A DNA stretch of 64,000 nt from a virus (Duplodnaviria > Heunggongvirae > Uroviricota > Caudoviricetes), in IMG/VR virus record IMGVR_UViG_2681813435_000006, positions 22,927-86,926 of that record. One strand, 5' to 3'. The notes beneath the pieces are model-generated. The model searched no databases, was not told where the DNA came from, and saw nothing but the letters and a program-made list of their open reading frames with translations. The position numbers and the translations under genes were made by a program. The stretch's first letter is position 1. The number at the start of each line of letters is the position of its first letter. Positions 9,743-20,383 of this stretch are shown here, piece by piece.

Positions 9743-10252
9743 ATGGTTATATCAAATGGCATGTTTGAAATGGACATTGAAGACTTATTAATTACAGATA
9801 AACAAGAAAATAAATATAAAATTAAATACATTAACGATAACAAATGTGTGATTTCAGACTTTGAAAATAAAATAATAAAAATTACTACTTTAGACAAAAT
9901 AAAGAGAGCGTGTAGTAACATAATAGAAGATACAAGAGATATGGACGTAAAACAACGATTGGAAGAAATGTATGTTATTAAAGAAGAATATTTAATAAAA
10001 AATGGTATTATAATTCTAAAAAATATACCATTAAAAGATAGTAAGGTTTATGTAGAATTTGAAGATAATGCTAAGATACTACAAATAGATACAAAAGGTA
10101 ATAAAGAAATATCTGTACCAAAAGAATATGTGAATTATAAAAACACTATTTACTGTACTTATAAGATTAAAGATTGGGTAGATACAGTTACAATAAATGC
10201 TGATAAATTAGGGATAGCTCTAGAAAATATTAAAGGATGTGATACATATTAA
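9743..10252 (+). CDS. hypothetical protein
   Basis: RBS AAGGGAG. Confidence 0.4.
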   Translation: MVISNGMFEMDIEDLLITDKQENKYKIKYINDNKCVISDFENKIIKITTLDKIKRACSNIIEDTRDMDVKQRLEEMYVIKEEYLIKNGIIILKNIPLKDSKVYVEFEDNAKILQIDTKGNKEISVPKEYVNYKNTIYCTYKIKDWVDTVTINADKLGIALENIKGCDTY

Positions 10253-10437
10253 AGTTTCAAATCAAAGATGGAAAATGATTAAAAGAGTGAATAGTCCACC
10301 TATAAATACAAAGTAGATAAAGCATGAATTTTATCCAAACTTAATTTATAGACAAAATTAAAAAATAACATAAATATAAAATAATTTAATAATAATTTAA
10401 TAATAATATTTTTAAAATTGAAAGGGGAAATATACAT

Positions 10438-11352
10438 ATGGCAAATATAAAAAATGAATCAGTAAAAACTAAAAATGAGGTAGAGGTAGCAGGTGTTGTT
10501 AAAGAAAATAAGTTGATAGTAGATAAAGATAAGGTAAATGGTTCTTTAGTTATCCAATATGGGGATAAAGCAGACCAACAAGCAGAAGTTAAGGTTTTTG
10601 TAGGAAGTAAAAAAGCAGATGGAGAACATAATAAAAACTATGATAAAGCTAAAGAGTGGGCTACTAATTTAATTAGTATAGCAAAATCAACACAAGAAAA
10701 ACCAGCTAGTGTAGTTAGAATTTATGGTAAAGGCGATTTCACCCCTAGTATACATTTAAATGAATATTGTAATGACAATACAGATAATATTTTATCAAAT
10801 ATTGAGCTATCTTTAGGTTTTGGAAATATTTATGAAGGAGATATTCCTAAAGAACAATTTAAAGCTGAATTTGATATGATAGTTTACTTAAATAAAAATC
10901 CTAAAAAACAAGAAAAGGATGGCAAAGAAATATTAATTATTGAGGGTTTATACATAGATTATCAAGGAGCAGTTAAACCAGTAGAGTTTACAGTAGAAGA
11001 TGACGAATTGATAGAAGGCATAGAAGAATGTGAGAAAGGTGATACTGTTAATTTCTGGGGTAGTTGCAAAGTAGCACATATAACAGAGACTAAAGAAAAG
11101 AAATCAGGTTTTGGTGGTAAGGCGAAAACAGAAATTAAGACTTTTACACAAAGACAATTATTAATTGAGGGTGGAGACCCGATAGATGAGGATGATAAAT
11201 TAGCAATTGATTCTGATTTTATTAAGAAAGCACTAGTTGAAAGGGAAGCTTATTTAGAAGAGTTAAAAACTAAAAATAAAAAAGATAATAAGTCAAAAGG
11301 AAAAGGTGGTTTTGGTACTGGAAATATAAAAGATGAAGATATTCCTTTTTAA
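10438..11352 (+). CDS. SSB-like single-stranded DNA-binding protein (divergent, two OB-like halves)
   Basis: Gly-rich linker and C-terminal acidic tip ...DEDIPF, identical in type to the bacterial SSB-Ct DDDIPF; its position heads the replication module next to a Sak4-like ATPase. Confidence 0.45.
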   Translation: MANIKNESVKTKNEVEVAGVVKENKLIVDKDKVNGSLVIQYGDKADQQAEVKVFVGSKKADGEHNKNYDKAKEWATNLISIAKSTQEKPASVVRIYGKGDFTPSIHLNEYCNDNTDNILSNIELSLGFGNIYEGDIPKEQFKAEFDMIVYLNKNPKKQEKDGKEILIIEGLYIDYQGAVKPVEFTVEDDELIEGIEECEKGDTVNFWGSCKVAHITETKEKKSGFGGKAKTEIKTFTQRQLLIEGGDPIDEDDKLAIDSDFIKKALVEREAYLEELKTKNKKDNKSKGKGGFGTGNIKDEDIPF

Positions 11353-11388
11353 TAGTTAAATTTATATAAAATACAAAAATAATTCAAT

Positions 11389-11421
11389 ATAAGGTTGTAT
11401 TTTATATAAATGCAACCTTAT
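11389..11421 (+). terminator. 9-bp stem hairpin ATAAGGTTG-N15-CAACCTTAT after the SSB-like gene
   Basis: Perfect inverted repeat seen in the sequence; it is not followed by a clear T-run, so terminator function is uncertain. Confidence 0.25.
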
Positions 11422-11468
11422 TAAAACAAAATAATATAAAAATATTTAATTAAAGGGAGAATGATTAT

Positions 11469-12500
11469 ATGAACATATTTGAAACACAAGAACACATTGC
11501 TAAAGCTACATTAAAAGGGACATCAGTTTTACTATATGGACAACGAAAAATAGGTAAAACAAGTTTGGCAGTTAGATATCCTAAATCTTTTATAATAGGT
11601 TTTGAAATAGGATGGAAAGCATTAAATAAAGTTAAAGCACAACCTGTTAAAGATTGGAATCATTTTAAAACTGATTTTGTTAAACCATTACTTAAAGACG
11701 CAAAACAAGTTGAAAAAGGAGTAAAAACAGAAAGAACTTTTGAAACATTAATAATAGATACTACAGACATAGCTTATGATTATTGTGTCCAATACATATG
11801 TTCTCAAGAAGGTGTAACTCATCTTGATTATACTGAAAATAAACGTGGATATAAAATGGTTAAACAAGAATTTTTAAAACAAATGTTTGCATTATTAGGA
11901 GCAGGGTATACATTAGTATTTACATCTCATGCTGAAACAAAACAAATTATAAATGAGATAACAAAAGAGAAAGAAGAAAAAACTATACCAACTATGGATA
12001 AGAATGCATTTAAAATTATTGGAGGAGTTGTTGATGCTATTGTATATTGTGCAAATGTAGAAGCAGAAAATGGTGTACGTAGAATAGCTTACTTTAGAAG
12101 TAATGGTAAATTTGAAGCGGGCAGTAGATGGGGAAAATATTTGCCTAATGGTGTAGACTTGAATTTTAAAGATTATGAAGAAGCCATTGTAGAAGCTATT
12201 GAAAAACAAGCAGAAGAGGATGGAGTAGACCCTACTGAAGCTGATGACGAGTCACCATACAAAATTGCAGAAGAATCAAAGCATTATGATTATAATGAAA
12301 TGATGGAAGAAATTAATAAGATAGGTACGTTCTTAGTAGAACAAGAAAAAATACATATCATGAATGATTTATCTGATGAAATGCTAGGAGTAGGAAACAA
12401 AATTTCTCAATGTACAAAGTTACAAGTAGAAGTTATGAATAGCTTTTTAGTTGAAATAAAAGAAAGAATAAGAAATGAAGGATTAGAAATTTCAGAATAA
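11469..12500 (+). CDS. Sak4-like / AAA_24-type phage ATPase (RecA-fold)
   Basis: Walker A YGQRKIGKTS at the N-terminus; size and placement beside an SSB fit phage Sak4-type recombination ATPases. Confidence 0.5.
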   Translation: MNIFETQEHIAKATLKGTSVLLYGQRKIGKTSLAVRYPKSFIIGFEIGWKALNKVKAQPVKDWNHFKTDFVKPLLKDAKQVEKGVKTERTFETLIIDTTDIAYDYCVQYICSQEGVTHLDYTENKRGYKMVKQEFLKQMFALLGAGYTLVFTSHAETKQIINEITKEKEEKTIPTMDKNAFKIIGGVVDAIVYCANVEAENGVRRIAYFRSNGKFEAGSRWGKYLPNGVDLNFKDYEEAIVEAIEKQAEEDGVDPTEADDESPYKIAEESKHYDYNEMMEEINKIGTFLVEQEKIHIMNDLSDEMLGVGNKISQCTKLQVEVMNSFLVEIKERIRNEGLEISE

Positions 12501-12524
12501 AAATGGGGCTAGATTGCCCCATTT
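12501..12524 (+). terminator. GC-rich hairpin AAATGGGGC-TAGATT-GCCCCATTT immediately after the stop of the ATPase gene
   Basis: Perfect 9-bp stem, 6-nt loop, followed by TTT then ACTAAAAA; it lies inside the track-predicted 5' end of the next ORF. Confidence 0.35.
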
Positions 12525-12538
12525 TACTAAAAAGGACG

Positions 12539-13042
12539 GTGATAAAAATAGCAAAACCAGTTAAATGTCCTGTATGTGGGAAATCAAATGACAAAAGTAA
12601 TACAATAAAAATTAATAACAGATATTATTGCATTTCATGTGGAGAAAAAAGACAAAAGGAAATGGATAAAAACTCGAATGGATGGAATGGCTTATATGAA
12701 TACATGAAAGAATTATATGGTAATGTAGATGGAAAAATGTTTAGTTTAATAGCTAAATATCGAAAAAAGCCTTATAACTATACTAATGAAGGTATGAGGT
12801 TAACATTATATTATTATCATGAATTATTAGAAAACCCTATCAATGAAGAAGCCATAGGTTTAATACCATATTATTATGAAAAAGCAAAACAAGAATATAT
12901 AATTAATATGGACATACATAATCATAATTCATCTATCAAAATTAAAACAAATATAAATCGAATTAAAGTAAAACCAACAAAAAATATAATAAAATATAAT
13001 AAAAAAATTGACTTGAATAGTTTAGGAGTTGATGAATCATGA
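12539..13042 (+). CDS. zinc-ribbon protein (GTG start preferred over the track start at 12503)
   Basis: A GTG in the same frame with RBS AAAAAGGA upstream avoids translating the hairpin; CPVCGK...CISCG zinc ribbon. Confidence 0.4.
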   Translation: MIKIAKPVKCPVCGKSNDKSNTIKINNRYYCISCGEKRQKEMDKNSNGWNGLYEYMKELYGNVDGKMFSLIAKYRKKPYNYTNEGMRLTLYYYHELLENPINEEAIGLIPYYYEKAKQEYIINMDIHNHNSSIKIKTNINRIKVKPTKNIIKYNKKIDLNSLGVDES

Positions 13043-14640
13043 ATAATAAAAAATTAATAAAACTATACTATGATTCAAGAACTGGTTTCCAAGTAATTGG
13101 TTGTTTATTAAAGAAACCAATTTTATTAAGGGATAAAAAATATGATTTATCACCAGATGATTTTTATAATAATTTCCATCAGTATGTATTCTCAGCTATA
13201 AATAATCTATATGAAAATGGAGTAGAGGAGATTAATTTTGTAGAAATTGAGGCTTATTTACATCAATCCTCACCAAAAGGATATAAAATCGTTTTTGAAG
13301 ATAATGAAGGTATGGAATGGTTAACTAATTGTGAAGAAAATTCAGCATTGAGTAATTTTGAATATAATTATAATAGATTAAAGAAATTCTCAATTCTTAG
13401 AGATGCACTAACAGAAGGAGAAGATGTAAGTGATATATTAGATTTAGAAGAAATAGATAATAAACAAATTGAAATACAAAGCAAAGCTTTTGATAGCTTA
13501 ACTATAAAAGAATTAATTCAACATTTCGATAAACGTATTTTAAAATTAAAAACCAAATATAATAATAATAAAAGTGAGGATTATTTAAAGGCAGGGGACT
13601 GTAGTGAAGAAATACTTGAGAGAATTAAGAAAGGTGAAACTTATGGATTATTAAGTTTTAGTGGCTTTAAAAATAGGATAACATATGGGAACAGAAGAAA
13701 AAAATTTCACTTATGTTCAGGAGGTAGTGGTGTAGGAAAAAGTAGAACTGCTTTATGTGAAATAGCTTGTTGTGTTGCTACAGAATTATGGGATTTTAAT
13801 AAAAAACAATTCGTTAAAAATCCAAATAATCCAGACGGAGATTTATCAGCGATATACATAGGAACTGAAATGGATTTAAAAATGGAAGTTAGTATAATAT
13901 TATGGGGAATTATAAGTGGTATAGAAACATCTAAAATAATTGAAAAAGAATTAGATGAAGAGGAGTGGAAAAGACTATATTATGCTATAGATGTATTAAA
14001 AAGAAGTAAGATACATTTGTATAATGAACCAAATTACGATATAGCATACATTGATAATTTAATAACCTCACATACCTTAAAAGGAGAAGACGTATATGCT
14101 ATAGGAATAGATTATATATTATTAACAGGGAATTTAGTATTAGAAGCAAGAGAATATTCTAAAGGAATGTATACTAGAGAAGACCAGCTATTCTTATATG
14201 TTAGCAAAATGTTTAAAGAGGAAATATCTAATAAACATAATGTATTTGTAAGCTCATCGACACAACTAAATAGGAATAAATCTTTACCAGATTCAGAAAG
14301 AGATGAGTCTATGATACGTGGTTCTTTTTCATTATGCGATAAAATTGACATAGGAAGCATAATTTTAGAACCAACTAAAAAAGAATTAGAAAAAGTTGAA
14401 GATATAATAAAGCAAACTCAAAAATGGAATCTTAAAAGACCAAATCAAGTTGAGCATATTTTTAAAAATCGTGGTGGTAAATGGAAAAAAATTAGAATAT
14501 TTAGGTATGTTAATCTAGGAAATATGGACTCAACCGATTTATTTGTAACTGATTGGGATTTTAAACTAATTGAAGATATTGAACAGATTTTACCAATTAT
14601 TGCTTATGAAGAAAAACACATAAAATCATTTGAAGATTAG
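13039..14640 (+). CDS. DnaB-like replicative DNA helicase
   Basis: Walker A GGSGVGKSRT, Walker B-like IGIDYILL (compare DnaB IDYLQL), an N-terminal DnaB-like domain, about 530 aa. Confidence 0.6.
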   Translation: MNNKKLIKLYYDSRTGFQVIGCLLKKPILLRDKKYDLSPDDFYNNFHQYVFSAINNLYENGVEEINFVEIEAYLHQSSPKGYKIVFEDNEGMEWLTNCEENSALSNFEYNYNRLKKFSILRDALTEGEDVSDILDLEEIDNKQIEIQSKAFDSLTIKELIQHFDKRILKLKTKYNNNKSEDYLKAGDCSEEILERIKKGETYGLLSFSGFKNRITYGNRRKKFHLCSGGSGVGKSRTALCEIACCVATELWDFNKKQFVKNPNNPDGDLSAIYIGTEMDLKMEVSIILWGIISGIETSKIIEKELDEEEWKRLYYAIDVLKRSKIHLYNEPNYDIAYIDNLITSHTLKGEDVYAIGIDYILLTGNLVLEAREYSKGMYTREDQLFLYVSKMFKEEISNKHNVFVSSSTQLNRNKSLPDSERDESMIRGSFSLCDKIDIGSIILEPTKKELEKVEDIIKQTQKWNLKRPNQVEHIFKNRGGKWKKIRIFRYVNLGNMDSTDLFVTDWDFKLIEDIEQILPIIAYEEKHIKSFED

Positions 14641-14652
14641 AGGTGACTTTTT

Positions 14653-15747
14653 ATGGTCACAACAGACGTAATTCTTGAAAAGTTAACAAGCGAACATATT
14701 ATTCAGATATTAAATGAGTTCAACATTGAATATAAAGATGAAAACAATCCCCAAAGCATTAAATGTAAAACAATTTGTCATTGTGGCAATAGTTATAAAT
14801 TGTATTATTTAAAAAAAGAAAAATATTTTTATTGTTTTACAGAGTGTGGTAATTTAAGTGTTTTTGATTTGCTTATGAATATTAATAATTGGACTTTTTC
14901 CCAGTCAGTAAACTATGTTGCTAAAGTAATTGGTTTAACAATTAATTATGAGAAGCCTAAAACTTTTGGACAAAAAAAGAAAATGATAAATGATTGGGAT
15001 TTTATTAATAAATATAAAAAAATAAAAAACGTAACCAAGACTAATCCTACCCTTCCCAAATATAATAAAGATATTCTAAAAGTTTTTGATAAAATTTATC
15101 CATCTTCTTGGGAAAATGAACATATATTAAAAGAAGCTATGAAAAAATTCAACATATGTTTTCATACTTCTGAATTTTCAGCAATTATACCACACTACGG
15201 GATTAATGGTGATTTAATTGGGATAAGATCAAGACATTTTTTACAACATCATATAGATAACAATCAAAAATATATGCCCACTAGATTAGAAAACGAAATG
15301 TATGCACATCCATTACAATTTAATTTATATGGAATTTATCAAAATAAGGATACCATTAGAAAAAAGAAAAAAGTTTTATTAGTTGAATCTGAAAAAAGTG
15401 TGATGCAATGTGAAAGTTATTATCCTAATGAAAATTTTTGTCTGGCAGTATGTGGCTCTAATTTAAGTAATTTTCAAAGAGATATGTTAGTTTATGATTT
15501 AAAAGTAAATGAAGTTATTATAGGGCTGGACAAACAATATAAAGATATAGATAGTGATGAACATGATAAATATATTAAAAAAGTTTGTAAAATAGCTGAT
15601 AAATTAGTGAATTATGTGAATGTTTATATTGTCTATTGTACTGATAATAGATTGGATTATAAAGATGCTCCTACCGACAAAGGTAAGGATACATTAGAAA
15701 ATTTAATGAAAGAAAAAATAAGATACTATAAAGAAGATCAAGAATAG
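14653..15747 (+). CDS. DnaG-type DNA primase (CHC2 zinc finger + TOPRIM)
   Basis: CHCGNSYKLYYLKKEKYFYCFTECG zinc-binding motif; TOPRIM-like LLVESEKSV and GLDKQYKDIDSD. Confidence 0.6.
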   Translation: MVTTDVILEKLTSEHIIQILNEFNIEYKDENNPQSIKCKTICHCGNSYKLYYLKKEKYFYCFTECGNLSVFDLLMNINNWTFSQSVNYVAKVIGLTINYEKPKTFGQKKKMINDWDFINKYKKIKNVTKTNPTLPKYNKDILKVFDKIYPSSWENEHILKEAMKKFNICFHTSEFSAIIPHYGINGDLIGIRSRHFLQHHIDNNQKYMPTRLENEMYAHPLQFNLYGIYQNKDTIRKKKKVLLVESEKSVMQCESYYPNENFCLAVCGSNLSNFQRDMLVYDLKVNEVIIGLDKQYKDIDSDEHDKYIKKVCKIADKLVNYVNVYIVYCTDNRLDYKDAPTDKGKDTLENLMKEKIRYYKEDQE

Positions 15748-15757
15748 GAGTGATTGA

Positions 15758-17584
15758 GTGAAATGGAAAGTAATAAATAATAATAAATATGAAGAAGTGA
15801 GGAATAATTTATTACAAATACTTTTAAAAAATAGAGGGGTTACAGACATACAAGCTCTTTTAAATGTTAATAAAAATAACACTCATCATTGGAGCAAAAT
15901 GAATAATATGAAAAAAGGTATAGATTGTTTTTTAACACATGCAAATAAAAAAAATCATATCCATATTATACAAGATAGTGATGCTGATGGAATGACAAGT
16001 GCTACTTATCTTTATAATTACATATACAATAATTTTAAAATTAAATGTACATATCACGTTCATAAAGGAAAACAACATGGAATTATTTTAAAAGAATTTA
16101 AAGAGTTAGAGTATTTAGATGACATAGATTTGATTATATCCCCTGATGGAGGAAGTTTTGATTATGAAGAACAAAAAAAGCTAATTGACATGGGTAAAGA
16201 TATCATAGTTTTAGACCATCATTTATTAGAAGAAAATACAGAGTTCAAAGAAAATAATAGTATAGTTATCAATCCACAATTAGATAATTATCCTAATAAA
16301 ACTCTTTCAGGAGTAGGGGTTGTACATAAATTTTGTGAAGCTCTTGATGAGTTATGTAAGTTCAATGACTCTCAAAACTATCTAGATTTAGTAGCTTTGG
16401 GTATGGTAGCAGATAATATGGATTTAAGAGATTTGGAGACTAGATATTATGTATTGGAAGGCATAAAACAAATGAGACAAGATAAAGAAAGAAGATATAA
16501 CAATTTAAAAATTACAGGGAATTCTTTCATACAAGAGATAATTAAAAGTAAAGAAGATAAAAAATTAAAACATATTAATATAGATTCTATAGGATGGGAA
16601 ATAGCACCTTTACTAAATGGTATGGCACGTTTTGGAAAACAAGAAGAAAAAATTGATACATTTAGAGCTTTAATAGAAGAAGAAGAGAATAGATGGTATC
16701 AGCCTAGAAGAAAGAAAAAAACTGACCCTAAACCCGATAAAGTTTTAAAAACATTACAGGAAGAAATGGTTAGAATTTGTACTAATGCAAAAAGTAGACA
16801 AGATAGAGCAAAAGCCAAAGGAATTGAGAAACTTGAAAGTAAAATAAGTGAAAAACAATTAGATAAAAATAAAATTTTAATAGTAGATGGTACAGATGAG
16901 CTAGAAAACTCAACATTAACAGGATTGGTAGCTAATGGTCTAGCAGATAAATATAAAAAGCCTTGTGTTTTACTTAGAAAAAAAAGTGATGGTGTCTATG
17001 GTGGTTCAATGAGGGATTATGATATGAGTCCTATAGAAAATTTTAATAAGTTTTTAGTAGATACTAATAAATTTGAATGGGTAAAAGGACATGACGGGGC
17101 AGCAGGTTTTTCTATAAAAAAAGAAAATTTATTTGAAATTAATAATACTATAGAAGAAATGTTAAAGAATACAGTTATGGAAGATACACATTTGGTTGAC
17201 TATGAGATACCTGTAGGAAGATTAAATAAAGAACAAATTATGGAGATTGGAAGTTATCAAGATATATGGGGAAATACATTGAAAAAACCTAAGTTCGCTA
17301 TAACTGATATTAATATGGAAACTAAAAATATTGAGTTATTAGGAGAGCGAAAAAATGTATTAAGATTTAAAAAATATGACATTACTTTCATCAAATTTTT
17401 TGCTAATGAAGAAATGTTAAATAAAATGAAGATGAAAAATAAAAAAGGCTTTGGTAAAGCACCTAAGACAGTTAAGCTGGATGTTGTTTGTTATGCTAGT
17501 ACAAATGAATATAATGATGTGAAATATCCTCAATTAGAAATTTTAGACTTTTATGTTAGAAAAGTAGATGAGGTGATTTTCTAA
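15758..17584 (+). CDS. RecJ-like DHH-family ssDNA exonuclease / phosphoesterase
   Basis: DHH motifs IIQDSDADGMTS, ISPDGG, VLDHHLL; 608 aa. Confidence 0.55.
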   Translation: MKWKVINNNKYEEVRNNLLQILLKNRGVTDIQALLNVNKNNTHHWSKMNNMKKGIDCFLTHANKKNHIHIIQDSDADGMTSATYLYNYIYNNFKIKCTYHVHKGKQHGIILKEFKELEYLDDIDLIISPDGGSFDYEEQKKLIDMGKDIIVLDHHLLEENTEFKENNSIVINPQLDNYPNKTLSGVGVVHKFCEALDELCKFNDSQNYLDLVALGMVADNMDLRDLETRYYVLEGIKQMRQDKERRYNNLKITGNSFIQEIIKSKEDKKLKHINIDSIGWEIAPLLNGMARFGKQEEKIDTFRALIEEEENRWYQPRRKKKTDPKPDKVLKTLQEEMVRICTNAKSRQDRAKAKGIEKLESKISEKQLDKNKILIVDGTDELENSTLTGLVANGLADKYKKPCVLLRKKSDGVYGGSMRDYDMSPIENFNKFLVDTNKFEWVKGHDGAAGFSIKKENLFEINNTIEEMLKNTVMEDTHLVDYEIPVGRLNKEQIMEIGSYQDIWGNTLKKPKFAITDINMETKNIELLGERKNVLRFKKYDITFIKFFANEEMLNKMKMKNKKGFGKAPKTVKLDVVCYASTNEYNDVKYPQLEILDFYVRKVDEVIF

Positions 17585-17629
17585 TATTATTGAAAGAGAA
17601 AATAAAGGAATGTAAGAAGGTGAAAACAA

Positions 17630-19135
17630 TTGAATACAGATCTTATAAAAAAGATAGAAGAAGAACTTAAGCATATGAAATATATAGATATTCATAATCA
17701 TACTCATAGGTCTAATTTGCGTTTATTAGACTGCATAATAAAAGAAAAAGACTTAGTTGATTATGCTATTGAATTAGGTCATATTGGAGTTTGTATAACT
17801 GACCATGAATGTGTTTCAGGACATATTGAGATTCTACAGTATGTATTAAGTTTGAGAAGAGATAAAGAAACAGTTGAGAAAATGAGAAAAGAAGGAGTAC
17901 AAGAAAAAGAATTAATTAAAAAATTTAAAAATCTAGAACTATTAGATAAAATGCGAAATAATTTTAAATTAGGATTAGGAAATGAAATATATTTAGTAGA
18001 TAATTTGGAAGATGTAAGAGATAACTATGTTAGTCGTGAAACTAAATTCTATCATTTTGTCTTAGTTGCTAAAGACGAAATAGGACATAAACAATTAAGA
18101 GAGCTATCATCTCAAGCATGGAAAAATTCTTTCTATACTAGTCAAATGGAAAGAGTACCTACAATAAAAAAAGATATGGAAAAAATAATAAGTAATAATA
18201 AAGGACATTTAATTGGAAGCACTGCTTGTTTAGGTGGGGAATTAGCAAACCTTATATTAAAATTATATGAGGCTCAATTGGAAAACAATGAACCTTTAAT
18301 AAATAGTATTAAATTAAAAATACATAAGTTTATTAGTTGGTGTATAGAAATATTTACAAAAGAAAATTTCTATATAGAAATTCAGCCTTCTGAAATGCAA
18401 GAACAAATTATATTTAATAAAATGGCTATTCATATAGCTAAAGCATATGGATTAAAATACATAATCACTACAGATACTCATTACTTGAAGAAAGAACATA
18501 GACAAGTTCATGCAGCTTATTTAAATAGTAAGGAAGGAGACAGAGAAGTAGATGATTTTTATTCATCTACTTATATGATGTCTACTAATGAACTTTATGA
18601 TTATTTAAAAGATTATTTAACTTTAGAAGAAATAAAAAACTCAATAGAAAATACTCAAGATATATATAACAAATTAGAAACATATGACCTACAACATGGC
18701 GTTATAGTTCCAGAGATAGAGCCTCCTAAGTTTAGGTTGAGTCACTTATTTAAGCATTACTATGATAAGTATGAATATATTCAAAAGTATGCTTATAGTC
18801 CTTATATTCAAGATTTATATTTTTTATATTTAATTGAGCAAGGATTTGAAGAAAAAAAACAAGAATTAAATGATGAAAATCTAGATCGAATTAATATTGA
18901 GTTAAAAGAACTATGGTTAATATCTGAAAACATAAAAATGAGATTATCAGCTTATTATGTACTAACAAGAAAGATTGTAGATATAATGTGGGATGATAAT
19001 ATGGGTAACAGTCTTGTTGGAGTAGCAAGAGGAAGCGTAACAGGATTTTATACTGCTTATCTTATTAGTATAACTCAACTAAACCCTATAAAATGGAATT
19101 TACCACATTGGCGTCATGTAACAGCAACTAGACCT
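17630..19135 (+). CDS. dnaE: DNA polymerase III alpha subunit (DnaE-type), exon 1: PHP domain and start of polymerase core
   Basis: N-terminal PHP motif IDIHNHTHRSNLRLLDC (compare HLHVHSxYSLLDG); VGVARGSVTGFYTAYLISITQLNP aligns with E. coli DnaE [24 protein letters not shown]. The ORF stops at 19144, 3 codons into the proposed intron. Confidence 0.75.
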
Positions 19136-20383
19136 TTGATATAGAGGGTCACATAATAGTAATATTATGTTAAAACTTCGTGAACTGTGGCAACAGGTGT
19201 GCTTAATACGGTTAGGAGCTATAGGAAATGATAGTTAGATTAAGTGCTAACAGGAGAAACCTAAGTCAGAAATGATATGGCAATCCTGTGCTTAAAATTT
19301 TGTTTATTACACTTACCTATTAAATATATACGATACAAAATGATTTTTCAAACAAAAGGAGGTGAAAACAATGATAGGATATATTTACATAACAACCAAC
19401 TTAGTAAACAATAAAAAATATATTGGGTTAAAAACTTCTAATGTATTTAAAAGTAATTATTTAGGCTCAGGGAAAATAATAAAACATGCAATAAAAAAAT
19501 ACAAAAAAGAAAATTTTAAAGTTGAGTTATTGGAGAAATGTAATTCAATAGAGGAACTTAAAGAATGTGAAAGAAAATGGATAAGATATTATAATGCACA
19601 ACAAAGCAAAAATTTTTATAATATTGCAGAAGGAGGACAATGGGGAAATGTTATTGATGGTATGAATAGCGAAGAAAAACGTGCTTATCGTGAAAAGTTA
19701 TCCATGTCAATAAAAAAATCTTATGAACTTAATCCTTCTTTGAGAGAAAATAAATCAAAGCTATTTTTAAAAATACGAAAAGGAACAAAATTGTCAGAAG
19801 AAACAAAGATGAAAATAGGGATAGCCTCAAAAAAAGCTTGGAGTAAAAATAAAGAAAAATTTTTACAAGGTGTCAAAAAAGGAGTAGAAAGAAAAAAACA
19901 AAATGGGACATATGAAAGCATGTGGAAAATTCATAAACACCCATGGGTTGGTCGGAATCATTCTGAAGAAACTAAAAAAGCAATAAGTAAAAATACAGAC
20001 AATCAAGGAATTAAAAACCCTAATCATAAAGAAGGTAAGATTCTATTAAATGGCGATATTATATTTAATTTTAATTTAACTCAACAAGCACATCAGTTTT
20101 TATTAGAAAAAGGTTTCTCAAGAAGATTAAGATATAAAATGATAAAAGGTGAAATAATACAAGGGTATCAAATAGTAAGGATATAGTAATATAAACAAAT
20201 TTTAAGTCAAACGACTATCGAAAGCACATCATAATACATTTGATGGAAGTGAGTAGAGTAGGAAAGGTTTAATTCAGCCTCCTTTCCGAAGTGCGAAGCC
20301 CCATTGTAAATAATGGGTGAAGATATAGTCTATTCCCACTATTAAATTAGTGTTAAAGTACATGGAAACATGGGGTATAAAAG
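19136..20383 (+). other. Putative group I intron (about 1248 nt) carrying a GIY-YIG HEG
   Basis: Exon 1 would end in U (19135) and the intron in G (20383). The spliced junction ...ATRP|ELPDVDLD aligns without a gap to DnaE ...RVSMPDFDVDF. Non-ORF intron segments are visibly more GC-rich than the genome. Candidate P7 strands GACTA (about 20209) and TAGTC (about 20327). Confidence 0.5.
19371..20186 (+). CDS. GIY-YIG homing endonuclease (intron-encoded)
   Basis: N-terminal GYIYITTNLVNNKKYIGL (GIY...YIG); C-terminal NUMOD3-like repeats (SEETKMKIG, SEETKKAIS). ATG 19371 follows AAAAGGAGG by 8 nt. Confidence 0.8.
   Translation: MIGYIYITTNLVNNKKYIGLKTSNVFKSNYLGSGKIIKHAIKKYKKENFKVELLEKCNSIEELKECERKWIRYYNAQQSKNFYNIAEGGQWGNVIDGMNSEEKRAYREKLSMSIKKSYELNPSLRENKSKLFLKIRKGTKLSEETKMKIGIASKKAWSKNKEKFLQGVKKGVERKKQNGTYESMWKIHKHPWVGRNHSEETKKAISKNTDNQGIKNPNHKEGKILLNGDIIFNFNLTQQAHQFLLEKGFSRRLRYKMIKGEIIQGYQIVRI

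Noticed and set aside
12503-12538. Track-predicted start of the 12503 ORF (MGLDCPILLKRT...)
   Set aside because: It would translate a perfect GC-rich hairpin that begins 1 nt after the upstream stop; an in-frame GTG with its own RBS at 12539 is more plausible.
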